Below, piece by piece: positions 1 to 10,050 of a DNA stretch of 64,000 bases. The stretch's first letter is position 1, and every line of letters starts with the position of its first letter. The stretch lies in IMG/VR virus record IMGVR_UViG_3300006310_000773; one strand, 5' to 3'. Source of the DNA: a virus. A model generated the notes under the pieces. It was not told the origin of the DNA. It was given only the letters and a program-made list of their open reading frames with translations, and made no database searches. Made by a program: the position numbers and the translations under genes.

Positions 1-164
1 CCAAAATCCAAAACAGTATCATCTTCAGTAATATCACAAGTATTAATTAAATGGTGACACATTGGAATGGTTAATTCTGGCATCCATCTATAGTGTGAAT
101 ATAATGATTTTCCTGTTTCTGCTCCTCTTTCAAAATAATCTTCATCAAAATATTCTTTTTTCAT
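1..164 (-). CDS. Class I SAM-dependent methyltransferase (partial, runs off window)
   Basis: Hand translation MKKEYFDEDYFERGAETGKSLYSHYRWMPELTIPMCHHLINTCDITEDDTVLDFG; VLDFG is the start of SAM motif I; ATGA overlap with the upstream stop. Confidence 0.65.
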   Translation of the reverse strand, partial: MKKEYFDEDYFERGAETGKSLYSHYRWMPELTIPMCHHLINTCDITEDDTVLDF

Positions 165-1204
165 ACAAATTCTTCATGATCTAATGGTGAAGAAAATTCC
201 TCAAATTTATTTAATTTATCATTAATAAAATCATCCAACATATTAACATTCTCTGTAAAGACACAACCCTTACAATGTACTTGTGCATCAAATGGTTGTT
301 TAATTCTACCATCAATATATTCCAAAACATCTTCCGCTTTACATAATGCATATTGTTCTGAAAAATGAGCAACTGCGCCATTCAAAACTACTGAATCACA
401 TGGAAAAACTGTACCACCATTAACTTCACTTAGATATGGTCTAAAATATGATTGATGACATTTTGAAGTTTGTGGTGCTCCATGAACTTTATATTGATGA
501 AAATACCTTGTATCATTTACCTCTAATAATACCTCATCTAATTCATAATGTTTTTCAATTAATTTATCTTGTTCTAATAAACAATCTGGTAAAAGTCTAA
601 TATATTCTGCTCCACAATTATCTGCTACTTTAGATATTTTTTTATACATTTCTATTTTATTTTCCGTATCTTCTGATTTTTCATGAGCTGTAGTGAATAC
701 ACTTGAACAACCAACTACACAATCATTGGAAAGTTTATGATATGGAAATTTGATTTTTTCTTCCCATCTATCAAACATATTAACAGAAACACGGACCCAA
801 GAAAACATTTTTAAAACATCTTCTTTAATTCTACGTGTTAAAGTTCCATTATTAATAAGAGCAACTTTTAATTCTTCTTCATCATGTATAAATCTAACAA
901 GTTCATTAAAATATTTGTAAGTTGTCGGCTCTCCACCACCTGTTATTATAACCGCTTTAAGTCCACGAGTTTTTAAATCTCTTACATATTGTTTTATAAC
1001 TTCTAAATCAATACGGTCATGGGTATCTCTATATGTCACAGAACAATATGGACATTTGAGATTACATACTCCTTCAGGTGCTATATGAGTTGATATAATA
1101 GTATTTGGATCACCATTTTTATAATTAAACATCTGTTCTTGATGTCTCCAAAATTTAATACCTGTAGAGGTAAACTTATGTTCTTCTTTACTTTTTTCTC
1201 TCAT
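161..1204 (-). CDS. Radical SAM protein with C-terminal SPASM/twitch-like Cys cluster
   Basis: CNLKCPYC (CxxxCxxC), TGGGEP motif, C-terminal C..GTVFPC..CKGC. Confidence 0.85.
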   Translation of the reverse strand: MREKSKEEHKFTSTGIKFWRHQEQMFNYKNGDPNTIISTHIAPEGVCNLKCPYCSVTYRDTHDRIDLEVIKQYVRDLKTRGLKAVIITGGGEPTTYKYFNELVRFIHDEEELKVALINNGTLTRRIKEDVLKMFSWVRVSVNMFDRWEEKIKFPYHKLSNDCVVGCSSVFTTAHEKSEDTENKIEMYKKISKVADNCGAEYIRLLPDCLLEQDKLIEKHYELDEVLLEVNDTRYFHQYKVHGAPQTSKCHQSYFRPYLSEVNGGTVFPCDSVVLNGAVAHFSEQYALCKAEDVLEYIDGRIKQPFDAQVHCKGCVFTENVNMLDDFINDKLNKFEEFSSPLDHEEFV

Positions 1205-2035
1205 TTATATCTTTAAATAGCTATAGGTTGCTCCCAAATCCGCATCATATCTATTAAATATTTTTATACCATAATCGAACCACTGGTTGTGTGCAAATTT
1301 AGCATCCATTGGTATAAAAAAATTCTCTAATACGGTTTGGGGAAATTGTGGTTCGAACATCCTAATATTTATTCTCGGATAACATAGCGCTATATTCATA
1401 GGACCACTATTAACTCCTATAAATATTGCCGCATCTGCTATTTCTTTAACTGAATCCCAAATTGCCAATCCTCTTTTATCTTTAGCCTTTCTTCCAAAAG
1501 GTTTATCAGCTTTTCCACCAACCTGTACAATATCATATTGACTATATTTTTCTTGAATAACATCCATAACATCATCAGTCATAAGTGCATGAGTGTCTTC
1601 ATATAATGCAATAGGTTCATTTAAATCTCCTTGAGTATGCACTACAAGTTTATTTGGTATTTGTGGCAAATCTTCATACTGATATAATCTAGGATGCCTC
1701 AATCTAGTAGGAATTCCAAACTTAGTATTAAATCTATCTGCTACAGATAATAAACATGGTAAACTAGATCTTCCATAATGAAAAAATGACGTCTGATCCG
1801 CAAATTTTTGCATATCAATATTTTGCGTTGAAGGAACATCTCTAACAACATATGGATTATGATCAAAAAACCATGCATTTTTTACATCTAAAATTTTCCC
1901 CTTTCCAGCTTTATGAAAATTTTCTGGACATGATGAATAAATTAATCCATCTCCTATTTTATCTTCTCTAAAAAACATCCCAAATCTAGGTGTGGGCTCG
2001 GGAATAGCGCCCGGTTCAATAACCTTTAATGTCAT
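1205..2035 (-). CDS. GT9 (LPS heptosyltransferase-like) glycosyltransferase, paralogue of 2691..3491
   Basis: N-terminal KIGDGL and C-terminal IFIGVNSGPMNIA motifs. Confidence 0.65.
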   Translation of the reverse strand: MTLKVIEPGAIPEPTPRFGMFFREDKIGDGLIYSSCPENFHKAGKGKILDVKNAWFFDHNPYVVRDVPSTQNIDMQKFADQTSFFHYGRSSLPCLLSVADRFNTKFGIPTRLRHPRLYQYEDLPQIPNKLVVHTQGDLNEPIALYEDTHALMTDDVMDVIQEKYSQYDIVQVGGKADKPFGRKAKDKRGLAIWDSVKEIADAAIFIGVNSGPMNIALCYPRINIRMFEPQFPQTVLENFFIPMDAKFAHNQWFDYGIKIFNRYDADLGATYSYLKI

Positions 2036-2694
2036 TATGTCTCCTTTTTATAAATTATACACATACTTGGATAAACTTCACTACTATAATCATTTCTATT
2101 TTCAAAAAATTCAATGATAGATTGTTCTATTCCTGGAGTATCTACTCCTTTAAAATCATCAAAAATTATAGCTCCACCATTAACTAATTTCTTCCAAAAA
2201 AATTCAATTCCTGTTTTAGTAGATTGATATAAATCCATATCTAGATGTACAAAACTAAACTTTTTATCATTTTGCCATAATGAACTTCTTTGTGCTGATT
2301 TGGGGAACCATCCAGGATAAAATAAACAATTATCTTTATCACTTAAATATTCTTTAACTTCATCGAGAGTTACCTCACCAAATCCACCCTTTTTTAAAGT
2401 TCCTTCTGGATGTGCATCATCTTCAGGCAAACCAGTAAATGTATCAAATAATAATATTTTTTTATCTTCAAAAACTGTTGCTAAAATCCTCGCACTACCA
2501 CCTTTAAATACTCCACATTCTGCAACATCACCTTCTAAATTTTTATCTTTAATTTTAATACAACAATCAACAAAAAAATTTATTTTACATGCAGGATGAT
2601 CATGTGGTTTTTCTCCACATTGACACAAAGCTGTTCTATTTTCTACATTCTGAAAAGACAACTTTTTATAATGATTAATTATGGGAGCTATCAT
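2035..2694 (-). CDS. TylF/MycF-family O-methyltransferase
   Basis: GDVAECGVFKGGS, LFDTFTGLP, VHLDMDLYQST, GGAIIFDD. Confidence 0.85.
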   Translation of the reverse strand: MIAPIINHYKKLSFQNVENRTALCQCGEKPHDHPACKINFFVDCCIKIKDKNLEGDVAECGVFKGGSARILATVFEDKKILLFDTFTGLPEDDAHPEGTLKKGGFGEVTLDEVKEYLSDKDNCLFYPGWFPKSAQRSSLWQNDKKFSFVHLDMDLYQSTKTGIEFFWKKLVNGGAIIFDDFKGVDTPGIEQSIIEFFENRNDYSSEVYPSMCIIYKKET

Positions 2695-3491
2695 ATTTTT
2701 AAATAACTTGTAGTTATTCCAACATCTATACCAAATTCATTAAAAAACATAGTATCCCAATCATACCAATAAGTCACATCTCTTTTAGGATCTAAAATAT
2801 AAGAGTCACGCGGCCAATCAGTTTTAAATTGGTCTTCTGTTATGATCAATTTTCTATTAATTCTAGGATATGCTTGTGCTATATGATATGGACCTGAATC
2901 AACACCAATAAATATTGCCGCCTTTGATGTTAATTCGACAACCTCCCAAAGATCCATTCCTCGACAATCATGTACTCCATGTCCAATGGAGTCATCATCT
3001 TTTCCACCAACATGACAGATATCAAACTTTTTATATTTCTCTAATATATACTGAATTGTACTATATTTTAGTACTCTTGGTGTAGATTTATTTTGTGCAC
3101 CCTCTGGATGAAAAATTATTCTAGTGGGGATTATTTCTTCGTCTTCATACCTATAAAATTTAGGATGTCTGAGCCAAGGTAATTTATCTGTACCCAATAA
3201 TGACATAAGACTATCCGCAAATGACATCATCACAGGAGAATTTCTACCATATCTAAACCATGCGGGTTTAGTATCTATTATTTGTTCTGCAGTATCTTCC
3301 CTATTAACATATGGATTTGAATCAAATACCCACGTTTTATCTACATCAATAATTCGATCACCTGTTAATTTATAAAAATTTTCTGGAAATGATGTTAAAC
3401 ATACCCAATCACCTATAGAATTTGTTCCAGATTTTTTTGCTGCTAGAACACCATCATTTGTACAAGTGAATCCTATTCTTCCAGCTTCCAT
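2691..3491 (-). CDS. GT9 (heptosyltransferase-like) glycosyltransferase
   Basis: SIGDWV and IFIGVDSGPYHIA; shares PENF, LRHP and SYLKI with 1205..2035. Confidence 0.65.
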   Translation of the reverse strand: MEAGRIGFTCTNDGVLAAKKSGTNSIGDWVCLTSFPENFYKLTGDRIIDVDKTWVFDSNPYVNREDTAEQIIDTKPAWFRYGRNSPVMMSFADSLMSLLGTDKLPWLRHPKFYRYEDEEIIPTRIIFHPEGAQNKSTPRVLKYSTIQYILEKYKKFDICHVGGKDDDSIGHGVHDCRGMDLWEVVELTSKAAIFIGVDSGPYHIAQAYPRINRKLIITEDQFKTDWPRDSYILDPKRDVTYWYDWDTMFFNEFGIDVGITTSYLKI

Positions 3492-4294
3492 AAAAATTCT
3501 TTTTGTTCTAATTTTTCTAAATGAAATCCTTCATGATTAGCCATACATCTTGCTAGTGCTGCTTTTGCATCTGCATTTTCTAAAAGTTCTTTAATGATGT
3601 TCATTTCTTGAGCTGAAAAAGATTTACCATTTTTAATATAATCCTCATATGCCTCACAACATATGGGAAAATGTGGTTCAATACATTCATACATCGCATT
3701 AGCATAATCTTGTATTTCAATTTGTGCATGAAAATCTGCTCTTAAATGAACAAAATGAAAAAAATTATGTAAATCTATTTTCCAAATACATTCAGTATAA
3801 TTTGAAACTGGAAGAACAATTCTTGCTAATTCTCTAGCAACATCATAATTCAACATATGTTGATATGCATGATATGCACCATCAGCTGATCTATTCATTT
3901 CAAATCTCATTAATCCCTTTTCTTCTACTGGATCGCCTCTACCTTGATTATTTTGTTTAGATTGTTTTTGAATATAATTGTCTTCTGGTTCGTAAAATTC
4001 ATCAGACATTTCAGAATATCTAGCAGAATATTCATTTATATTAGCAGTTCTATGTCTAACAAGTTGTCTCATTATAAAAATTGGTAATTTCAAATGGAAC
4101 TTAACTTCACACATCTCAAAAGGTGACGTGTGTTTATGTCTCATTAAATATCGAATTAAATTTCTTGTTTCAGAAAACTTTTTAGTTCCTTTACCATAAC
4201 TAATTCTTGCCGCATTAACCACTTCTTCATCATCACCCATAACTTCAATGAGTTTAACAAATCCATGATTGTGCACTTTTCTTTCATCTAACAT
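3473..4294 (-). CDS. thyX: Flavin-dependent thymidylate synthase
   Basis: AARISY, HTSPFE, RHRTANINEYSARY ThyX motif, HAQIEIQDYA. Confidence 0.95.
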   Translation of the reverse strand: MLDERKVHNHGFVKLIEVMGDDEEVVNAARISYGKGTKKFSETRNLIRYLMRHKHTSPFEMCEVKFHLKLPIFIMRQLVRHRTANINEYSARYSEMSDEFYEPEDNYIQKQSKQNNQGRGDPVEEKGLMRFEMNRSADGAYHAYQHMLNYDVARELARIVLPVSNYTECIWKIDLHNFFHFVHLRADFHAQIEIQDYANAMYECIEPHFPICCEAYEDYIKNGKSFSAQEMNIIKELLENADAKAALARCMANHEGFHLEKLEQKEFLWKLEE

Positions 4295-4302
4295 AATATA
4301 TC

Positions 4303-5052
4303 CTATTCAATTAATTTTTTCCAATCAACCAATGGGCTCATGGCGACTTCATGCATGTGACACGCCAAAGATGGTATTGGACTTATACAAAGAACATCAT
4401 CTCTTTTATAAACATGTTCAGAAAACAGACCATCATTCCAATTAACCGCAGACTTCATAAAAATATCTTTATATTTTTTAAAGGATTTGACAGAACAAAG
4501 AAAGGTATATGTTGTATTATATATTTGTCTCCAATGACACCCTTTACTTATTATAAGATGCCATTTATTATAAAAATCTTCTGCTCTATTATATCTATCT
4601 GGATAATCTGCAGGATGAATAAATAAATCTTTATTTTTAAAATCTTTTAAATATTGTTCATTATTAATTAATAATTCATAAAGATAAGTTATTGCTTCAG
4701 GAGTATGTAAATAATCATCTTCACAAAAATATACCCAATCATTATCATTAAGGGTAGATGCTAAATTAAATGTTTCAGTTATTGATTTAGCGTTTCCCAA
4801 ATCACCATTATATATTTTAGTAGCATGGGGTTTTAAATATTCGATTCTTTCCTCAGAAAGTTTATCTCCTATTATATAAAGATTATGACTTATACCACCT
4901 ATATACGTTCCCTTTGTTTTATTAAGAGAATTTATTAATGATGAGAAACAAGCATCTACTACTTCTTTTTTTGTTAATCCAAATGGTCTTCCTGTTCCAT
5001 GTATTGAATCAACAACATCACAAGTTCTAAAAATTATATTAAGTTTATTCAT
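4303..5052 (-). CDS. Putative GT-A glycosyltransferase
   Basis: YFCEDDYLH acidic motif; lies in glycosylation island. Confidence 0.55.
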   Translation of the reverse strand: MNKLNIIFRTCDVVDSIHGTGRPFGLTKKEVVDACFSSLINSLNKTKGTYIGGISHNLYIIGDKLSEERIEYLKPHATKIYNGDLGNAKSITETFNLASTLNDNDWVYFCEDDYLHTPEAITYLYELLINNEQYLKDFKNKDLFIHPADYPDRYNRAEDFYNKWHLIISKGCHWRQIYNTTYTFLCSVKSFKKYKDIFMKSAVNWNDGLFSEHVYKRDDVLCISPIPSLACHMHEVAMSPLVDWKKLIE

Positions 5053-5395
5053 TACTCAAATATTTATCTGAAGGCACTGACGGCCATCTAACAACTATTA
5101 ATTCTACATCAGTAACAAATTCCACATCAGAAATATCATTAGCATGATATATCCACATGTCTCCTGCAGTTAATAATTGTCTTTTCATATAATGTCGATC
5201 TGGTGCTTTGATACTCAATTCACCACTAACAATATAATTTAATTCTGTAGTTACTTTATGAGTATGTGAAAAAGTTTCCTCATTTGCTTTATGCTTGTGA
5301 TGACCTATTTCAAAAAATGGATTCTTAAAAATTGCCGGATCAAAATCCCCAACAAACCAACCATTTTTATATTCATCTATATTTGATATTTTCAT
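5045..5395 (-). CDS. Cupin-fold protein (possible sugar isomerase/epimerase)
   Basis: GWFVGDF, HTHKVTTELNYIVSG cupin motif; next to sugar nucleotidyltransferase. Confidence 0.6.
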   Translation of the reverse strand: MKISNIDEYKNGWFVGDFDPAIFKNPFFEIGHHKHKANEETFSHTHKVTTELNYIVSGELSIKAPDRHYMKRQLLTAGDMWIYHANDISDVEFVTDVELIVVRWPSVPSDKYLSNE

Positions 5396-6555
5396 TCTAA
5401 ATTTTGCACCCTTTCTTGAAATCGACCGCCGTCAAATGTTTCTTCTTTACAAATTTGTATAAATTTTTCCATTCTAGATTCTGAAAATGTAGCACCACCA
5501 GGAACTGCAAAAAAGTTTGCACAATTATGACGTATAGCCATTTCCATTGCCATTTCATCATAGATTAGTGCTGATCTAATTCCTTTATATTTGTTAGCAC
5601 ACATATTTACACCCTGTCCGGTTCGACAAAATCCAAATCCAAAATCAGATTCTTTATTATTAATAGCCTTTGCTGCTTGAGAAATATAATCTTTATAATC
5701 ACAATCATTACCAATCACAGGCCCAAAATCTATATACTCTATATTATTTTTTTCTAATATCTTTTTTGTTGTTTCTTTTGCATCAAATCCAGAATGATCT
5801 GATGCCAAACTTACTGGTTTATCTTGTATTTTTTTCGCTACGTTATTTTTATAAAATTCATATTCTTCTGGAGTTCCAAAAATATGCATTTTTAATACTG
5901 GTTTTGTTTTTATTTTTAATCCATCTTCTATTAATAGATTATACAATGGAGAAATATAGAATTCATTATTTTGTCTAATATCTCTCTTAATCATATCTTT
6001 CGCATATTTTACAAATTGTTCTCCTCTTTTAAATCCATAAATTCCAACACAAGCATTTGGACTTATCACTTTTTTCTCTGCAGTTTTTATAACATTTCCC
6101 ATATTATCTAAACTTGCATAACTATAATTTGAAGAATTGGATTTAAAAGTTAATATTAAACCATCTGATACAATATCAGACATTTCATGAATATTAAATT
6201 GTGGTCTAAATTCAATATCTAAAGTATTAATAACTAAAGGATCTTTATTATTAATATATTCTTCTGCTAAAAGACAACTACATACAGACCCCTCAGTTAA
6301 TCCATCTGTAGTAACAATTTTTATTTTATCTCCATATTTCTGTTTTAATACTTTATCAATATGAAAATTATATACTTGTTCATCCCTGACAATAAAAATT
6401 AAATTATTATAATTATTTTCCCATCCCAACATACTCTCTAATGATATATCAAGAACATGTCTACCTCTAACCGACAAAAGTTGTTTTGGAGATTTAATGC
6501 CTTGTTTTACAAATCGACTTCCTGCTCCCGCCATTGGTATTAATACATTAACCAT
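5392..6555 (-). CDS. Sugar nucleotidyltransferase fused to RpiB/LacAB sugar-phosphate isomerase
   Basis: LIPMAGAGSRF..PKQL and NNEFYISPLYN (NTase); ASDHSGF, FCRTGQGVNMCANKYKGIRSAL, HNCAN, FDGGRF (RpiB); start moved to ATG at 6555. Confidence 0.85.
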   Translation of the reverse strand: MVNVLIPMAGAGSRFVKQGIKSPKQLLSVRGRHVLDISLESMLGWENNYNNLIFIVRDEQVYNFHIDKVLKQKYGDKIKIVTTDGLTEGSVCSCLLAEEYINNKDPLVINTLDIEFRPQFNIHEMSDIVSDGLILTFKSNSSNYSYASLDNMGNVIKTAEKKVISPNACVGIYGFKRGEQFVKYAKDMIKRDIRQNNEFYISPLYNLLIEDGLKIKTKPVLKMHIFGTPEEYEFYKNNVAKKIQDKPVSLASDHSGFDAKETTKKILEKNNIEYIDFGPVIGNDCDYKDYISQAAKAINNKESDFGFGFCRTGQGVNMCANKYKGIRSALIYDEMAMEMAIRHNCANFFAVPGGATFSESRMEKFIQICKEETFDGGRFQERVQNLE

Positions 6556-7198
6556 TAGATAACCTTTCAGTTGTTTTAAGATGTGCTTCTTCAATTATTT
6601 TAGGAAAAGAATAATTTTCTAATAATCCAAGCATAAAATTCGCCGCAAATATATCTCCTGCTCCCAATACATTTACATTTTTTAAAATCTGTGATGGTGG
6701 TAAATCATAAGAACCATCTTCCCAATAACTTCCATTTGAACTATGCACTATAACTTTTCCTCTGGTATGTTTTTTTAATTCTTCATAATCATCGCAATCT
6801 TCATCAGCGATGAATAGATAATCTATATATTTCAATAATAAATAATTAACTTTTTTACCAACACAAATATCAGCACAATTAATTCCTTCTAATAGAGGAA
6901 TAAAGGATGGTTTTTTAAGTTCATTCAAATAAAGAATATGATTAATTTTTGAATTTTTTATTTCTGGTTTTTGTATAAAATTAGATAAAGATGCCTTTGA
7001 ATATCTTTCACCTATATCTTTATCTATATAAACAATTGCAGACCCAATTTCAGTTGGACAAATATATAGTTTTAATTCAGGACTCTCATTTATCAAAGCC
7101 TTCCAAACATTTGCGATAGAACCTAATCCATTTCTTTTATTAAATTTTTCAAAAATTCTATCAATGGTCAAATGTCCATATAAAGATATATCATACAT
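6548..7198 (-). CDS. PfkB-family carbohydrate kinase
   Basis: YGHLTID at N-terminus; NVLGAGDIFAA anion-hole motif. Confidence 0.75.
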   Translation of the reverse strand: MYDISLYGHLTIDRIFEKFNKRNGLGSIANVWKALINESPELKLYICPTEIGSAIVYIDKDIGERYSKASLSNFIQKPEIKNSKINHILYLNELKKPSFIPLLEGINCADICVGKKVNYLLLKYIDYLFIADEDCDDYEELKKHTRGKVIVHSSNGSYWEDGSYDLPPSQILKNVNVLGAGDIFAANFMLGLLENYSFPKIIEEAHLKTTERLSNG

Positions 7199-7782
7199 TA
7201 AAATTTTTCTTTTGCATCCAGTGCATATATCTTATCAATCACTTCATCAAATGAATAAGTTGGTATAAGTTTTAGAACCTCCAAAGATTCAAAAAGAGCT
7301 ACAACAAAATTATCTCCGCCATTTTGCTTTAATGTACTGGACGCTATATCTTTTACCATTTGTGGTGCATCTTGAGGACAAAAAGTCCATTCTATTTTTC
7401 TCATAATTCCAATATCTAATAAATCATCACCAGCATATACTATTTCTCTTACACTACAATCATACTTTTCACATATTTCTGGCAAAAGTTCAGCCTTATC
7501 AAGTACTTCAACCACTTCATCTTTTTTAAACTCTTCTCGAAATACCCCACTTCTACAAATATAATTTTCCAGATTTCTATTATCAAGTATTTGTTTATTA
7601 TATGGATCTCCTGTAATAAAAATAACTGGAATGCCTATTGCTTGAAATCTTTTAATTGATGTCCAATCTTTATCACAAAATGATTTTAATTTAACCTCAC
7701 CTTCTCTATTATAATATTTTTTTCCGGTTGTTAAAACGCCATCAACATCTAATATTATTAATTTAATCAAAATGGCCTCCAT
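7198..7782 (-). CDS. KdsC/YrbI-like HAD sugar-phosphate phosphatase
   Basis: LDVDGVLT, FITG, K, YAGDDLLD HAD motifs. Confidence 0.8.
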   Translation of the reverse strand: MEAILIKLIILDVDGVLTTGKKYYNREGEVKLKSFCDKDWTSIKRFQAIGIPVIFITGDPYNKQILDNRNLENYICRSGVFREEFKKDEVVEVLDKAELLPEICEKYDCSVREIVYAGDDLLDIGIMRKIEWTFCPQDAPQMVKDIASSTLKQNGGDNFVVALFESLEVLKLIPTYSFDEVIDKIYALDAKEKF

Positions 7783-8576
7783 TGATCTTTAAATGGAACA
7801 AAATCTTTCCAATTTTCAGGAGGTAAATCAGGATCATTATCCCGTATTGTTGCTATAGATGAAATAGCCAATAAACAATCAATACCTTCCGTTCCACCAT
7901 CTCTTGGTATATGAAAATGATTTTGTTCTAATTCATTATTTAAAATAAAATGTGCTACTTTATATTGATTCATATGACAAAATAAATTATGTTCACTATT
8001 CGCCCCCCCTATCCAACCTCGCGGATGGTGATCGATTCCAAATTTAGATCCTCTCAGTTTATGTTCTGGTAAATGATTATATAATTCAGAATACCACAAC
8101 ATTATTCCTAAAGATCCTACAGCAAATCTATCATCATATTCCATCAGATTTTTTTGTTTCCAAGGATGTTGATATATCCAACATATATGAGAAGGGTTAA
8201 AAACGAAAAATGGAAAATCGCCACGATATTCTAAATCAGGTCTTACTCTGATAACTAAATCATACTGCACTCCACTTTCTTCCATCATTCTTCTAGCATC
8301 CCAAATTCTATACCAAGTTAAACATTGTACAATATCATCATTGGTTTGTATAGGTATATTTGGTCCTCCTGGAATCTCATCAACTTCTGTAATGTAATTT
8401 AATTTTGCATCAGGATATATTTCTTTTATTGTTTCCTCTTCCCCACCTTGAGTTCTTGCTGTTGAAATATATAAATCACAATCTAAAACATCTAAAATTT
8501 TTTCCTTAAAGGATTTTAAACATCGCTCTTTCCAATGTGACCTCATTCCTCCTGTCATCCAAACTGCTGTTTTCAT
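7767..8576 (-). CDS. Putative glycosyltransferase-like phage protein
   Basis: AVWMTGGMR, YDLVIRVRPDL, DDRFAVG pattern common in viral glyco-islands. Confidence 0.45.
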   Translation of the reverse strand: MKTAVWMTGGMRSHWKERCLKSFKEKILDVLDCDLYISTARTQGGEEETIKEIYPDAKLNYITEVDEIPGGPNIPIQTNDDIVQCLTWYRIWDARRMMEESGVQYDLVIRVRPDLEYRGDFPFFVFNPSHICWIYQHPWKQKNLMEYDDRFAVGSLGIMLWYSELYNHLPEHKLRGSKFGIDHHPRGWIGGANSEHNLFCHMNQYKVAHFILNNELEQNHFHIPRDGGTEGIDCLLAISSIATIRDNDPDLPPENWKDFVPFKDQWRPF

Positions 8577-9400
8577 AATTCACCTCTAAAAAGATGTTTG
8601 AATCTATCTTGCTTAAAAAATGAAGGAACAATATCATTATTTAAAATGAACTGTTCATTTGAATCAAACCATTCCAAATTGTGTATTTTTTCTTTTAAAT
8701 TATTTAAATTATTAGCATGATGATTATGATCTGTGTGTCCTCCACTTAATATTTTAACTGCTATTTGTTCAGCAGTACCCAACCACGCCAAATGCCAACC
8801 AGTTTTAGTTTGATCAAATGGAAAATTCATGTGTCTATCATCTCTGTTATGTCTTGTATTCTCTAAATCAAAATCTGAATCAAAGTTCATAATATATCCA
8901 CCGCTCCAAGAATTCCGTCTCCACACATTAATAAAATACGTTGATAAATGTAAATATCCTGCACATGGTAATGCGCTTTCTAGTAATTTGGGTAAATATT
9001 GCTTATCATATATTTCATCACAATCCGCAATAATTATTATATCATCTTTTGTTAATCCCCAATCACTACAAATATCTGTAATTAATCTTCTTTGATTATG
9101 ATCATTCCAACTAGAAATGAGGTCTGAATAATTTGGTTTAAAATCTGAAGGAATTTTACTTTCTTCTCCTTTTGCTAAAGAATTAAAAGTAACCATTTCA
9201 ACTTTATCCATATATTTTTTAAATCTATCCTGTTTAGAAAATACATCTTTAAAATGTAATGGTTTTTCATCTCCTTGAAAAGTGTGTGTTCCTTCTATAA
9301 TAAGGAAGTTATCTACAATATCGTAATATTCTTCTAATCTGAATTCTAAAATATCAACTTCATTAGCATAACCAACAAACATAATAGTATCAAGAATCAT
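8573..9400 (-). CDS. GT17-like (beta-1,4-GlcNAc transferase-like) glycosyltransferase
   Basis: EVDILEFRLEE, IIEGTHTFQGDEK, QR, ADCDEI, GWHLAW. Confidence 0.75.
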   Translation of the reverse strand: MILDTIMFVGYANEVDILEFRLEEYYDIVDNFLIIEGTHTFQGDEKPLHFKDVFSKQDRFKKYMDKVEMVTFNSLAKGEESKIPSDFKPNYSDLISSWNDHNQRRLITDICSDWGLTKDDIIIIADCDEIYDKQYLPKLLESALPCAGYLHLSTYFINVWRRNSWSGGYIMNFDSDFDLENTRHNRDDRHMNFPFDQTKTGWHLAWLGTAEQIAVKILSGGHTDHNHHANNLNNLKEKIHNLEWFDSNEQFILNNDIVPSFFKQDRFKHLFRGEL

Positions 9401-10050
9401 AGTAGTTTATGCTCATCTAATAGTCTGTCATTTTCATACATGTAATAATCTATGTTTTTCATATACATTTTAATATTAGATTTTATATTTAAAAATTTAC
9501 ACAAATTTATATACTCATCCAATTCTTGATCTATAAAGAATTTTTTATAATTTATAAAATAATAAGGAACATTTTGAGATGTTATTCCGCTTTCATAGTC
9601 TTTATAAAAGTTTGTTAGATTATCTGCATTGCCGATATGATCCCATCGCCAGTTTTCCTTTAATATATATAAATTACGTATATATTTTTTAGAAATATTA
9701 TCTTCTACATTTATACCTAAAATAGATACATTTTTATTTTCTAATTTGTAATTTTTTTCTAATTCATGACATGAAATAGTAAGTGTATCTGTACCAATAT
9801 CAAACTGATTATTTAATATATAATCTATCTCTTCATCAGTTCCCCGCACATAACTCTTTCCATCTCTTAATTCTTCAAGGAAAATACAATTGTTCTTATC
9901 ATAAAGATCAGCATATGATACAGCCCATTCATTAGTCTTGTAAAGTCGCGTTTGCTCTTTCTTGAATATTCCATCATGCTTCATTAAAAAATGTTCAAGG
10001 AATTGCCCTGATGATCCAGCGAGATATGATATTAATATAATATCATTCAT
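9397..10050 (-). CDS. Hypothetical protein, possibly sulfotransferase-like
   Basis: N-terminal YLAGSSGQFL loop; weak. Confidence 0.35.
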   Translation of the reverse strand: MNDIILISYLAGSSGQFLEHFLMKHDGIFKKEQTRLYKTNEWAVSYADLYDKNNCIFLEELRDGKSYVRGTDEEIDYILNNQFDIGTDTLTISCHELEKNYKLENKNVSILGINVEDNISKKYIRNLYILKENWRWDHIGNADNLTNFYKDYESGITSQNVPYYFINYKKFFIDQELDEYINLCKFLNIKSNIKMYMKNIDYYMYENDRLLDEHKLL

